Under the pieces are notes generated by a model that did no database searches, was not told where the DNA came from, and was given only the letters and a program-made list of their open reading frames with translations. Positions 9,335-18,987 of a stretch of DNA of 64,000 nt are shown piece by piece (the first letter of the stretch is position 1; every line of letters starts with the position of its first letter). The stretch comes from Candidatus Marinacidobacterium sp. (GTDB lineage: Bacteria > Acidobacteriota > Vicinamibacteria > Marinacidobacterales > Marinacidobacteraceae), in contig OZ241856.1 in NCBI GenBank assembly GCA_965202845.1, positions 2,473,931-2,537,930 of the forward strand, written 5' to 3'. The translations under genes and the position numbers were made by a program.

Positions 9335-12010
9335 CTACGGTTCTTCGGTCGGGGTCTCCGGCTGATGCCCCAGGCTCAGCAGGTTGGCGAGCAGGCGGTA
9401 CGCCCCCGGCGTGCCGGCGGGCAGCTGGCGCCACAGGCCGAGCCCCAGGTAGAGCCAGCGTCCCTCGCCGTGCCGGGCCTCCACCAGGATGCCGCGCTTT
9501 TCGCCGGCGTTGTACGGGAAGGGGTCCTCCGACGCCAACAGGTCGGTGTACGCCGGGTCGCCGCCCGGCGCCAGGAAGTAGAGCCCCCGCTCCTGGACCC
9601 ACCCCTCCCAGTCGGCGGGGCCGATGGGGTTCGGGCCGCGAAAGACCGGATGTTCGGGGACCAGCGCCCGCATCGGCGCGTCCTCGTCGGTGATCCGGCC
9701 GCGCCCGACCCGGATCGGGAAGGGCGCCCAGGGGCCGGCGTTGAATTCGAACTTGTTGTACTGGACGAGCAGGGTTCCGCCGCTCGCCACATAGTCCAGC
9801 AGGCGCTGGTTGTGGAGGCGGAGGTCGGGGCGGGCGAGATAGGCGCGCACTCCCAGCACGATGACGTCGAACCGGGAGAGATCGCCCTTCGCCAGGTCCT
9901 CCTCGTCCAGGAAGGTCAGCGGAACGCCGAGCTGGCCGATGGCTTCGGCGACCTCGTCCCCGACCCCCTCCACGTAGGCCGCCGAAACCGGCGCGACGGT
10001 CGCATCCAGCACCCGCGCCAGCGCGGTCGCCGGACGGAAGCGGTAGCGGGTTTCGATGTGGGGGTAGGCGATGGTCTCGACCGTCTCCCGGTAGACCGCA
10101 TCGCCCAGGCGTCCCCAGGCGGCGAGCTGGTAGCCGCCGTCCGCCGCACCGGCTGGAACGGTCGCATGGAATTCGAGGCTCCGCTCCCCGGGACCGGCGA
10201 AGCGGACGGTCGCCGTTTCCGGGGTCACGTCCCAGCCGGACGGGGCTTCAAGACCGACTTCGATTTCGGCTTCGCCGTCGCCCCGCCAGGTCACCCGCGC
10301 CGCCAGCGGTCGGGTGCGCTGCCCTTCGGGAAACACTTCGGGAAACACCACGATCTCCGGCGTCACCCGGAGCGCGACCGCCGGCAGGACGGAGACCTCC
10401 TTCTGCTTCTCGCCGCCCGCCAGCGGGTCCGCGTAGCGGTATTCGACCGGCAGGATGACGCTCGCCGGCACGTCGTCGGTCGTGAAGTCCACCCGGACGC
10501 GCGCCGGGGGCGGGGGCGCGGGGAGGCCGAAGAGCTCCGGCTCGGAGGCGACGAACCGGTCCCGGCCGGGAACCGCCCGGAACGCCTGCCGGCTGAGCCT
10601 GGCGTCCGCCGCCGCCGTCACCCGGAAGGAGGCGCGGACCGCATCGCCGGAGGCCAGCTCCAGCGGAAAGTCGACTGCCGGACGCGCCTGCGAACGGCGG
10701 GCGGGCGCGGACGAAACCGGCGTCGCCTCCCAGCCCGGGGGCGTCTCGATCGCGATTCCGGTCAGCGTCAGCGCCTCCGGGCCGCCCGCCTGCACGAACA
10801 CATCGGTTCCGAAGCTGCCGCCGGGAACCACCTCGCCGGCGTCCGCAACCGGCGCCACCAAAAGTCCGTGGGCGAGCGCGAGCGCCTCCTGAATCTGGAT
10901 TTCCCGGGGAGCGACCCGGTGGCGGATCTCGAAGGCGGCCCCCGGATCCAGGTCGGCGGAGACCTGAAGCGTCCGACGCGCCGCGATCAGAGCCTCCCGG
11001 AGGGCCGAGATGGACTCCCAGGGGGACGCCGAGGAAAAGGCCCATTCGGCGCCCCCGGTCGTCCGCTCCAGGTCGTCCAGCGCCCGTTCGGTCGCGTCCA
11101 CCGCATCCGGGTCGCCGTGAACGAACGCGCGCAGCCGCTCCAACCCGGTGGGAATACCGGCAAAGAGACCGCCGGTCTCCGACGCGAGGTTCCGCATCTC
11201 CACCAGAACCGCCGGCCCCGGCGCGGGCGCGCCGCGGACCTGGCCCATCCCCTGGCAGCGGTGCGCGGCGCGGGCCTCCTGCCCCAGGTCCGCGTACGTC
11301 CGCCCCAGCAGCGGATCCCAGATCGCGGTCTCCACCCGCGCCACCCGGTCTTCATCGGCGACCGGGCTCCCCCCAACGCCCCCCACGAACAGCTTGAGCG
11401 GCTGCCAGGGCGGGAGCCCCAGGTCGGCGAACCGCTCCGCATCGCCGGCGACGTCGAACGCCTCGATGGCGATCCCCCCGGTCGCCTGGTGGTGCTGGCC
11501 GCCCCCCTCGCCCTCGGGCGGGAGGGTCAGGATCACGTCGGGGCGCAGGGTCCGGATCATCCGCACCACCTCGCCGAGCGTCTCCTCGTGCCCCCACTTC
11601 TCCAGGGTCTCCCCGGCGCTGAACGAATAGCCGAAGTCGGAGACCATCCCGAAGTACTGCTCCACCGCGTCCAGCCGGTGCGAGGCCAGGAGCTCCTCGG
11701 TGCGCAGGATGCGGAGGCCGTCGAACAGCTCGGGGCCGATCTCGTTCTGGCCGCCGCCGCCCCGGGTCAGCGAAAGCAGCGCGACCCGCGCTCCCATCCC
11801 CCGGGAGAGGCGGGCGTGGAGGGCGTTGTTCTCGTCGTCCGGGTGGGCGACGATCGTGAGGACCGAGACGCCGCTCGCGATCTTGCGCAGCTTGAGGCCC
11901 AGGCCGGAGGCGCCGCGGTCGTAGGCCAGCGGGCGCAGCTGCGCCGCCGACGCCACCGTCGCGAGCAGGAAGAGGGCGCAAAGGGCCGCCAGCATGTTGC
12001 GAATGGACAT
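9335..12010 (-). CDS. Secreted PIG-L (LmbE-like) family deacetylase with large C-terminal domains
   Basis: 891 aa. Signal peptide, then AHPDDE and HHQATG motifs of the PIG-L/LmbE fold. Confidence 0.8.
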   Translation of the reverse strand: MSIRNMLAALCALFLLATVASAAQLRPLAYDRGASGLGLKLRKIASGVSVLTIVAHPDDENNALHARLSRGMGARVALLSLTRGGGGQNEIGPELFDGLRILRTEELLASHRLDAVEQYFGMVSDFGYSFSAGETLEKWGHEETLGEVVRMIRTLRPDVILTLPPEGEGGGQHHQATGGIAIEAFDVAGDAERFADLGLPPWQPLKLFVGGVGGSPVADEDRVARVETAIWDPLLGRTYADLGQEARAAHRCQGMGQVRGAPAPGPAVLVEMRNLASETGGLFAGIPTGLERLRAFVHGDPDAVDATERALDDLERTTGGAEWAFSSASPWESISALREALIAARRTLQVSADLDPGAAFEIRHRVAPREIQIQEALALAHGLLVAPVADAGEVVPGGSFGTDVFVQAGGPEALTLTGIAIETPPGWEATPVSSAPARRSQARPAVDFPLELASGDAVRASFRVTAAADARLSRQAFRAVPGRDRFVASEPELFGLPAPPPPARVRVDFTTDDVPASVILPVEYRYADPLAGGEKQKEVSVLPAVALRVTPEIVVFPEVFPEGQRTRPLAARVTWRGDGEAEIEVGLEAPSGWDVTPETATVRFAGPGERSLEFHATVPAGAADGGYQLAAWGRLGDAVYRETVETIAYPHIETRYRFRPATALARVLDATVAPVSAAYVEGVGDEVAEAIGQLGVPLTFLDEEDLAKGDLSRFDVIVLGVRAYLARPDLRLHNQRLLDYVASGGTLLVQYNKFEFNAGPWAPFPIRVGRGRITDEDAPMRALVPEHPVFRGPNPIGPADWEGWVQERGLYFLAPGGDPAYTDLLASEDPFPYNAGEKRGILVEARHGEGRWLYLGLGLWRQLPAGTPGAYRLLANLLSLGHQPETPTEEP

Positions 12011-12021
12011 GACGCTCCCCT

Positions 12022-13488
12022 ATGGTAGCCCGCATACTTTCCGGCATGACCCGCGCCCGGATCGGTCTTGTCCTCGGCGCCGGGCTGCTCGTCGGGATCG
12101 CCGCGATCCCGATTCCGGGGATGCCGGAGGAGGCGCGCCGCATGCTGGCGGTGGCGGCGATCATGGCCGCCTGGTGGGTCACCGAGGCGGTTCCCCTCGC
12201 CGTGACCTCGCTGCTGCCGCTGGTCCTGTTTCCGGCGCTCGGCATCCTCGCGGCGCCGCAGGCGGCGGCGCCCTACGCGAACCACCTGGTCTACCTGTTC
12301 CTCGGCGGGTTCATGCTCGCCCAGGCGATGCAACGCTGGAACCTGCACCGCCGGCTCGCGCTCCGCATCGTGCTGCTCATCGGCGGCGCGCCCTCGCGCA
12401 TCGTGCTGGGCTTCATGGCGTCGTCCGCCCTCCTCTCCATGTGGGTCTCCAACACCGCCACCGCGGCGATGATGATGCCGATCGCGGTGGCGGTGGTCCG
12501 CGAGGTCGCCGGCCCGGAGGCCAGGAGCGGTCGATCCCCGTTCGCGGTCTGCTTGATGATCGGGATCGCCTACGCGGCGTCCATCGGCGGGTTCGCCACC
12601 CTGATCGGCACCCCGCCCAACGTCTTCCTGGGGGGCTTCCTCGAGGCCCAGCTGGGGATCCGCATCTCGTTCCTCCAGTGGCTGCTCTTCGCGCTCCCGC
12701 TGAGCGGGCTGTTCGTTCCGGCGGTCTGGCTGTGGCTGACCCGCTTCGCGTTCCCGGTGAGCCGCGAGCCGATTCCCGGCGGCGCCGCCCTGATCCGCGC
12801 CGAATACGCGAAGCTGGGGCCGATCTCCACTCCCGAGAGACGCCTCGCCGCGCTCTTCGGCCTGACCGCGCTCGCCTGGATGCTCCGGCCGGCGTGGACC
12901 GCGCTCCTCCCCACCGGCGCGTTCATCACCGACTCCACCATCGCGATGGCGGCGACCGTGCTCGCCTTCGTGATCCCCGCCGGCGACCCGGGACGCTCCA
13001 CCCCGATCCTGACCTGGAAGTGGGGCGCGCGGATTCCCTGGGACGTCCTGCTGCTCTTCGGCGGCGGCTTCGCGCTCGCCAACGGGCTGGAGGCCAGCGG
13101 GCTGTCCCGGGTGCTGGGCGACCAGCTGGCGCTGGCCGCGGCGCTGCCGCTCCCGATCTTCGTGGCGCTGGTGGTGTTCTTCGTCATCGCGCTCACCGAG
13201 CTGGCGTCCAACCTGGCCTCGACCGCGATGATCCTGCCGATCCTCGCGGCGGTGGCGACGGAGGCCGGGATTCCGCCGCTCCTGCTGCTGGTTCCGGCGA
13301 CGGTGGCGGCGTCGTGCGCGTTCATGCTCCCGGCGGCCACTCCGCCGAACGCCATCCTGTTCGGAACCGGCCACTTCACCATCCCGCAGCTGGTGCGCGC
13401 CGGGCTGGGCGCCAACTTAATCGGCGCCGCGCTCGCTACCCTCTTCGCCGTGTTCTGGGTTCCCCTCGTCTTCGTCGTATTCGCATGA
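12022..13488 (+). CDS. DASS/SLC13 family anion:sodium symporter
   Basis: 488 aa polytopic membrane protein. WWVTEAVPLAVTSLLP and SNTATAAMMMPI motifs are typical of DASS carriers. Alternative start at 12046. Confidence 0.85.
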   Translation: MVARILSGMTRARIGLVLGAGLLVGIAAIPIPGMPEEARRMLAVAAIMAAWWVTEAVPLAVTSLLPLVLFPALGILAAPQAAAPYANHLVYLFLGGFMLAQAMQRWNLHRRLALRIVLLIGGAPSRIVLGFMASSALLSMWVSNTATAAMMMPIAVAVVREVAGPEARSGRSPFAVCLMIGIAYAASIGGFATLIGTPPNVFLGGFLEAQLGIRISFLQWLLFALPLSGLFVPAVWLWLTRFAFPVSREPIPGGAALIRAEYAKLGPISTPERRLAALFGLTALAWMLRPAWTALLPTGAFITDSTIAMAATVLAFVIPAGDPGRSTPILTWKWGARIPWDVLLLFGGGFALANGLEASGLSRVLGDQLALAAALPLPIFVALVVFFVIALTELASNLASTAMILPILAAVATEAGIPPLLLLVPATVAASCAFMLPAATPPNAILFGTGHFTIPQLVRAGLGANLIGAALATLFAVFWVPLVFVVFA

Positions 13489-14168
13489 CCGACCGCTTCA
13501 CCTCCCGCCTCTGGGACGGGATCGCTCCGCTCTACGCGGAAATCCTCAAGCATCCGTTCCTCGACGGCCTCGCCGGGGGCGGGCTGGACCGGGAGATTTT
13601 CCGGTTCTACGTGATCGAGGACGCGCTCTACCTCCACGACTACGCCCGGGCGCTCGCCATCCTGGGCGGCAAGGCGCCCCACCCGGACATCACCGCCGCG
13701 CTCTGCGGGGACGCGGTCGCCACCGTGGAGGCCGAACGCCAGCAGCTGGGCCAGTTCCTCGAGGAGCTGGGCGGAGAGCTGGGCGGAAACCGGGAGGACA
13801 TCTTCGGGAAGACGCCCGCCCCCACCAACCTCGCCTACACCAGCTTCCTGCTGGCGGCGGTCCACGCGCAGCCGTTCCCCGAGGGGCTCGCCGCGGTGTT
13901 GCCGTGCTACTGGATCTATGCCGAAGTGGGGAAGGAACTCCTCGCCCGGCCGCCGTCCCCCGATCCGCTCTACCGCCGCTGGATCGAGAGCTACGGGAGT
14001 CCGGAGTACGACGCGGTGGTCCAGCGGGTTCTCGACCTGACCGACGGGATCGCGGCGCAGCTCGACGAGGCTTCCCGGAGCCGGATGATCCGGAATTTCA
14101 ATTGGACCGCGCGCTACGAATGGATGTTCTGGGACATGGCTTGGCGGCGGGAGGCCTGGCCCGTCTGA
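13485..14168 (+). CDS. tenA: TenA family thiaminase II / aminopyrimidine aminohydrolase
   Basis: 227 aa. HPFLDGLAGGGLDREIFRFYVIEDALYL and CYWIYAEVG match the TenA pattern. ATGA overlap with the transporter gene. Confidence 0.85.
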   Translation: MTDRFTSRLWDGIAPLYAEILKHPFLDGLAGGGLDREIFRFYVIEDALYLHDYARALAILGGKAPHPDITAALCGDAVATVEAERQQLGQFLEELGGELGGNREDIFGKTPAPTNLAYTSFLLAAVHAQPFPEGLAAVLPCYWIYAEVGKELLARPPSPDPLYRRWIESYGSPEYDAVVQRVLDLTDGIAAQLDEASRSRMIRNFNWTARYEWMFWDMAWRREAWPV

Positions 14169-14214
14169 CCCCGCACGACGTTTTCTGTCCGACGCCTGTG
14201 CGATCCTTGCCTCC

Positions 14215-17130
14215 ATGACAAAGACCATCTTTGATTCCTGCCAGCCCCGGCCCGACGTCCTGGCGGGCACGGTGGCGGAAGCCGATTTCGCGGCGGACCT
14301 GGCGCAGGTCCTCGCCGGCAAGGGTGACTACGCGGACCCGACGCAGTTCTTCGCCCGCTCCTGGCCGACGCGGGGGCTACGGAACCTGCTGGCGAACGTC
14401 TGCCGCCGGCTGAGCGGGACGGGCGGCGAGGCGGCGGCGATCTTCCGCCTCGACACCGCCTACGGGGGCGGCAAGACGCACGGCCTGATCGCGCTCTGCC
14501 ACGCCGCCCGCAGCGGCGCCGACTCGCCGGGCATCGCCGAGTTCGTGGATCCGGCCCTGCTGCCGCAGGGGCCGGTGCGGATCGCCGCCTTCGACGGAGA
14601 AAACGCCGACCCCGCCAACGGGCGGGAGATGGAGGCGGGGCATCGCGCTTTCACCCCTTGGGGCGAGATCGCCTCGACGCTCGCCGGCGCCGAGGGGTAC
14701 GAGCGGGTGCGCCAGAGCGACGAGCGGGGGATCGCGCCGGGCGCCGAGACGCTCCGCGAGCTGTTCGGCGGCGAGCCGACGCTGATCCTGCTCGACGAGC
14801 TTTCGATCTACCTGCGCAAGGTCGACAACCGCTCTTCCCAGCTGACCGCGTTCCTGAACGCGCTCTTCAAAGCGGTGGAAAGCGCGCCGAACGCGGCGCT
14901 GGTCTACACGCTGGCGATCGGCAAGACAGACGCTTTCAGCGAGGAAAACCAGTCCATCGCCGACGCGATGGCGGAGCTGGAGAGCGTCTCGGCGCGCAAG
15001 GCGACGCTTCTGAACCCCACCGAGGAAGACGAGACGGTCCAGATCCTGCGCCGTCGCCTGTTCGAGTTCATCGACCAGGAGGCGGCGGCGACGGTCGCCG
15101 AGGACTACCGGAAGCTGTGGAGCGCCCACCCGGGGTCGCTTGCGGAGGTCGCCAACCGGCCGGAGACGGTCGAAGCGTTCCGCGCCAGCTATCCGCTCCA
15201 CCCGGAGGTGCTGGAGACCCTGACGGCGAAGACGGCGACGCTCGGCGACTTCCAGCGGGTGCGGGGGATGCTGCGGCTGCTGGCGCGCACGGTGGCGCAG
15301 CTCTGGGCGGAGCGGCCCGGCGACGCCGCCGCGATCCACCTGCATCACATCGACCCGGGGCATGAGCCGATCAAGCAGGAGTTCACGACCAAGCTCAAAC
15401 AGGAAGCGTTCCTGCCGGCGATCTCCCATGACATTTCCGGGCCGACGGCGCTCGCCTGGCGGATTGACGCCAGGCGTCCGAGCGAGCCGCCCCGGGCGCA
15501 GTACGTCGCCCGCACCATCTTCCTTCATTCGCTCGCCTTCAACGAGGCGCTGAAGGGCATCACCCCCGAGCGGCTGCGGTATTCGCTGCTCGGTCCCCGT
15601 TTGGATATCGAGCTTTTGGAGGAGGCGCGCAAGCAGTTCCTGACCGACTCCGCCTATCTCGACGACCGTCCCGGGCCGCTGATGCGCTTTCTGGCGGAAG
15701 CCAATCTGAGCCAGGTCATCCGGCGCACCGAGGAGCAGGTGGATATGGAAGAGGTGCGGGTGCGGCTGAACGACTGGATTCAGAGCATCTTCAAGGACGG
15801 CCTGTTCGAGGCGATCGTGTTCCCCATCGGAGGCGGCGAAGTTCCGGATGAGATCGGGAACGGCCGCCCCAAATTGGTCGTGCTGGGCTACGACGCGGAG
15901 ACGGTCGGCGGCGGCGAATTCCCGTCCACCGGGTTGATGGAGCGCACCTTCACCCGCACCGGCGCGCACGAGCAGGCGCTTCGCAAGCTGCGGAACAACC
16001 TGGTGTTCGTGGTCGCCGAGGAGACGCGCAAGGGCGTCATGCGCGAGCGCGTCCGGCGCCGGATGGCGCTCGAGGAGATGAAGCGGGAGGAGCGCCTCAA
16101 GCCGCTGGCGAAACACCAGCAGGAGGAGGTGAAGCGGTTGGCGATGGAAGCGGAGAAGGACGCCGCGCTCGCCATCCAGCAGTGCTACCGGCACATCTTC
16201 CATCCGTCGCACGCCCAGGGCGGCGCGGTGGATCTCGCGCACAAGGCGATCGAGGACCCCGCCGCCTCCGACCGGCCGGGCCAGGGGCAAAAGCACATCG
16301 TCCGCGCGCTCCAGGAGATCGGCAAGCTGCGCCCTCCCGAAGGCGACCCCGATTCGCCCGCCTACGTCCGCGACCGGACGCCGCTCCGGAACGGGCAGAT
16401 GTCGACGAGGTCGCTGCGGGACGAATTCCGCCGCGCCCCGGCGCTGCCCATGCTGGTGGGCGACGATGTCTTCCTTCGCGGGGTGCGGGAGGGCATCCAG
16501 AAGGAAGTCTGGGTCTACCAGAGTGGCGATCTGCTCTGCGGCCCGGGCGATCCGCAGACCGCCATTCGCATCGACGAGCAGTCGTTCCTCCTGACGATGG
16601 ACTACGCCAGGGAGAAGGGAATCTGGCCCCGGGACGTTCCCCCGCCTCCTCCCCCGCCACCCCCGCCTCCAGTCCCGGACGATCCCGGGCCGTTCACCGC
16701 CGAGGACGTTCTCAGGGCGGCGCTCGTCAGCGTCTGGGAGCAGGCCCGCGCGAGGAACGTGGAGGCCATCGGATCACTCCAGGTCCGCCTGTTCGGTTCG
16801 CGCGACGCCTTCCGGCTGATCAGTCCAGTGGGCGCGGTGTCCGAGGCGAGCCGCCGGTTCGTCGAGATCGAGGCCGGATTCCAGACCCGGCACGGCAGCC
16901 AATTCAGCTTCGGATTCAAGGGCCCGGTCCAGGAAGCGGACCTGGTCCGGGGATTTCTGGAGCCGAACATGCGCGTCGCCGTGGAATCGAACCTTGACGC
17001 CGACTTCGTCCTCACCTTCGAGGACGGGCTTTCGCTGCGGGGCGACGCGCCGGAGAAGCTGACCGACCGGCTCACCAAGTACGTGAACGGCGCGGCCCAT
17101 GTCACCGCCACGACCCAGGGAAAAGCGTAG
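14215..17130 (+). CDS. DUF499 domain ATPase (BrxC/PglY-related), defence-system component
   Basis: 971 aa. The N-terminus (FAADLAQVL...YADPTQFFARSWPTRGL...TAYGGGKTHGLIALCHA, then LILLDELSIYL) matches the DUF499 P-loop pattern. An 11-Pro linker lies at 16639..16671. Confidence 0.8.
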   Translation: MTKTIFDSCQPRPDVLAGTVAEADFAADLAQVLAGKGDYADPTQFFARSWPTRGLRNLLANVCRRLSGTGGEAAAIFRLDTAYGGGKTHGLIALCHAARSGADSPGIAEFVDPALLPQGPVRIAAFDGENADPANGREMEAGHRAFTPWGEIASTLAGAEGYERVRQSDERGIAPGAETLRELFGGEPTLILLDELSIYLRKVDNRSSQLTAFLNALFKAVESAPNAALVYTLAIGKTDAFSEENQSIADAMAELESVSARKATLLNPTEEDETVQILRRRLFEFIDQEAAATVAEDYRKLWSAHPGSLAEVANRPETVEAFRASYPLHPEVLETLTAKTATLGDFQRVRGMLRLLARTVAQLWAERPGDAAAIHLHHIDPGHEPIKQEFTTKLKQEAFLPAISHDISGPTALAWRIDARRPSEPPRAQYVARTIFLHSLAFNEALKGITPERLRYSLLGPRLDIELLEEARKQFLTDSAYLDDRPGPLMRFLAEANLSQVIRRTEEQVDMEEVRVRLNDWIQSIFKDGLFEAIVFPIGGGEVPDEIGNGRPKLVVLGYDAETVGGGEFPSTGLMERTFTRTGAHEQALRKLRNNLVFVVAEETRKGVMRERVRRRMALEEMKREERLKPLAKHQQEEVKRLAMEAEKDAALAIQQCYRHIFHPSHAQGGAVDLAHKAIEDPAASDRPGQGQKHIVRALQEIGKLRPPEGDPDSPAYVRDRTPLRNGQMSTRSLRDEFRRAPALPMLVGDDVFLRGVREGIQKEVWVYQSGDLLCGPGDPQTAIRIDEQSFLLTMDYAREKGIWPRDVPPPPPPPPPPPVPDDPGPFTAEDVLRAALVSVWEQARARNVEAIGSLQVRLFGSRDAFRLISPVGAVSEASRRFVEIEAGFQTRHGSQFSFGFKGPVQEADLVRGFLEPNMRVAVESNLDADFVLTFEDGLSLRGDAPEKLTDRLTKYVNGAAHVTATTQGKA

Positions 17131-17592
17131 ATGCCGCCCCGCAAGCCGAACCGCCCGAGCCGTCCGCTCCCGCGCTACGAGCTGCGGGTTCGGCGGCACG
17201 GACCGGGGGACACCGGCTACGAGGTCTGGCAGCTGCCGGCCCCGGCCACGCCGCAGGTGACCGCGCCGCTGCGGGTCGCCGGGCTGCGGGGGCGCAATCT
17301 CGGCCTAGTGGAGCGCCGGGTTCTCAAGAGGCTCGCGCAGGCGGGCGTCCGGCCGAGCGGGCGGCGCGCCGAACACCCCCTGAACGAGGACCTGGCGCTG
17401 ACGCTCGGCTTGCTGTTCCGGGCGCTCGCGCCGATGCGCAGCCGGGAGAACATGCGGGCGGTCGCCGAGGGGATCGAGGCGATGGGGCGCGAGGAGGCGG
17501 CGTACTGGCTCGGCATGGCCATGCATCGCCCCCGCCCCCGCCGGGCGCTCCTCGCGCTGCGCATCCTGCTCACCCCGCCGGTGGCGAAGTAG
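17131..17592 (+). CDS. Small basic hypothetical protein translationally coupled to the DUF499 gene
   Basis: ATG immediately follows the TAG of the DUF499 gene. 153 aa, Arg-rich, with a helical C-terminal half (EDLALTLGLLFRALAPM...EEAAYWLGMAMH). No family recognised. Confidence 0.55.
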   Translation: MPPRKPNRPSRPLPRYELRVRRHGPGDTGYEVWQLPAPATPQVTAPLRVAGLRGRNLGLVERRVLKRLAQAGVRPSGRRAEHPLNEDLALTLGLLFRALAPMRSRENMRAVAEGIEAMGREEAAYWLGMAMHRPRPRRALLALRILLTPPVAK

Positions 17593-17597
17593 CGACC

Positions 17598-18868
17598 ATG
17601 AGACTGAAGCGGGTCGCAATCGAGAACTACCGCGCGATCGAAACGCTCAACCTGCCGCTGGACCCGAATCTGACGGTGCTTCACGGGGACAACGCGCACG
17701 GCAAGACCAGCGTCCTGGGCGCGATCACTACCGGTCTCGGCATGATTCCCACGTTCCTCCCCGAAGTGTCGGGCGTCGGATTTCGCAGGACCGACCGACG
17801 CGGCCTCCAGCCGGTGCGCGTCGGACTGACCACCACCAACGGCGTTTTGTGGGAACGGCGCGCCGGAGACCCGTCCCGCCGTCCGTCGTCCACGCGGGAC
17901 TTGCGGGAGGCGATGGAGGCCATCGTGAAAGCGGATCGGAACGGAGCGGAACCGATCGATCTGCCCATCGTGGCCTTCTATGACACCGACCGGGCGGTGT
18001 TCGATCCGCCCCAGCGCCGGAGGGATTTCCGACCGATTTTTCCCGCTACCAAGCGCTCCAGGGCGCGCTTTCCGCCCGCACCGATTTCCGGGATTTCTTC
18101 AAATGGTTCTACGCCAAAGAGGGCGAGGAGCTCCGGGCGCAGAGGGAACGGCTGGACTTCGGCCACCGGCTGCATGACCTGGAGGCGGTGCGCCGGGCGA
18201 TTCAAGCGATGGTTCCCGGAGCGTCCAACCCCCGCATCGAGCTGCGTCCGCTTCGTTTTGTCATCTCGATCCAGCCGGATGAAGGCAGTCCGGAGCATCT
18301 CCGAATTGACCAATTGAGTGGCGGCTTCCGAATCATGCTTGCGCTGGCGGCCGACCTCGCCCGTCGAATGGCCCAGGGGAATCCCCATCTTGACGACCCG
18401 CTCCAGTCGGAGGCGGTGGTTCTCATCGACGAGATCGAATTGCACCTGCACCCGTCGTGGCAACAACGGATTCTGGACGACCTGACCCGCACCTTCCCCA
18501 GGACCCAATTCATCGTCTCCACCCACAGCCCGCAGATTACGACCGTCAAGCCGGAACACATCGTGGAACTGCGCCGGGAAGGGGGTGGCGTCGTGGCCGG
18601 GCAGTCTTCCGCCCCGACGTATGGCGCCGAGGCCGGCGAAGTTCTAGCGAGCGTGATGGGGGTGACCGAACGGCCTGGCGGCAACGAATTCGTGAAATCC
18701 TTGAACACGTACAACCGTTTCGTCAGCCGGGGGCAAGGCGAATCGGAAGCTGCACGGAAGCTGCGACGGAGACTTGACAGGCTCTCGCCTCGCGACCCGG
18801 CGCTCAACCGGGCGGATGTGGAAATTCGACGACAGCGCGTCCTGCGGGCTGTGGGGCGACCGAAGTGA
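17598..18868 (+). pseudogene. AAA_15/AAA_23-type ATPase (COG3950-like), frameshifted
   Basis: The N-terminal part is in the frame of 17598 (MRLKRVAIENYRAIETLNL...LHGDNAHGKTSVLGAI). The continuation (DFSRYQALQGAL...FFKWFYAKE..., QLSGGFR, VLIDEIELHLHP, VSTHSP) is in the frame of ORF 18188..18868. The switch maps to a T5 run at 18037..18041; a T6 run would restore one ~420-aa ORF. Confidence 0.7.
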
Positions 18869-18987
18869 AACGCATCTTATTTCGGCGTCCATGCCGAAAA
18901 AGTTCTCTCCCGGCCTCCCCGTGACTGGATTTGAACGCATGGCCGATTTCCTTCATTTCATGAACCTATCTCGTAATTGAAATTTTG

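Noticed and set aside
18915-18955. GGATTTGAAC, resembling the complement of a tRNA T-loop and hinting at a tRNA-fragment att site next to the IS.
   Set aside because: No complementary T-stem or acceptor stem can be drawn around it.
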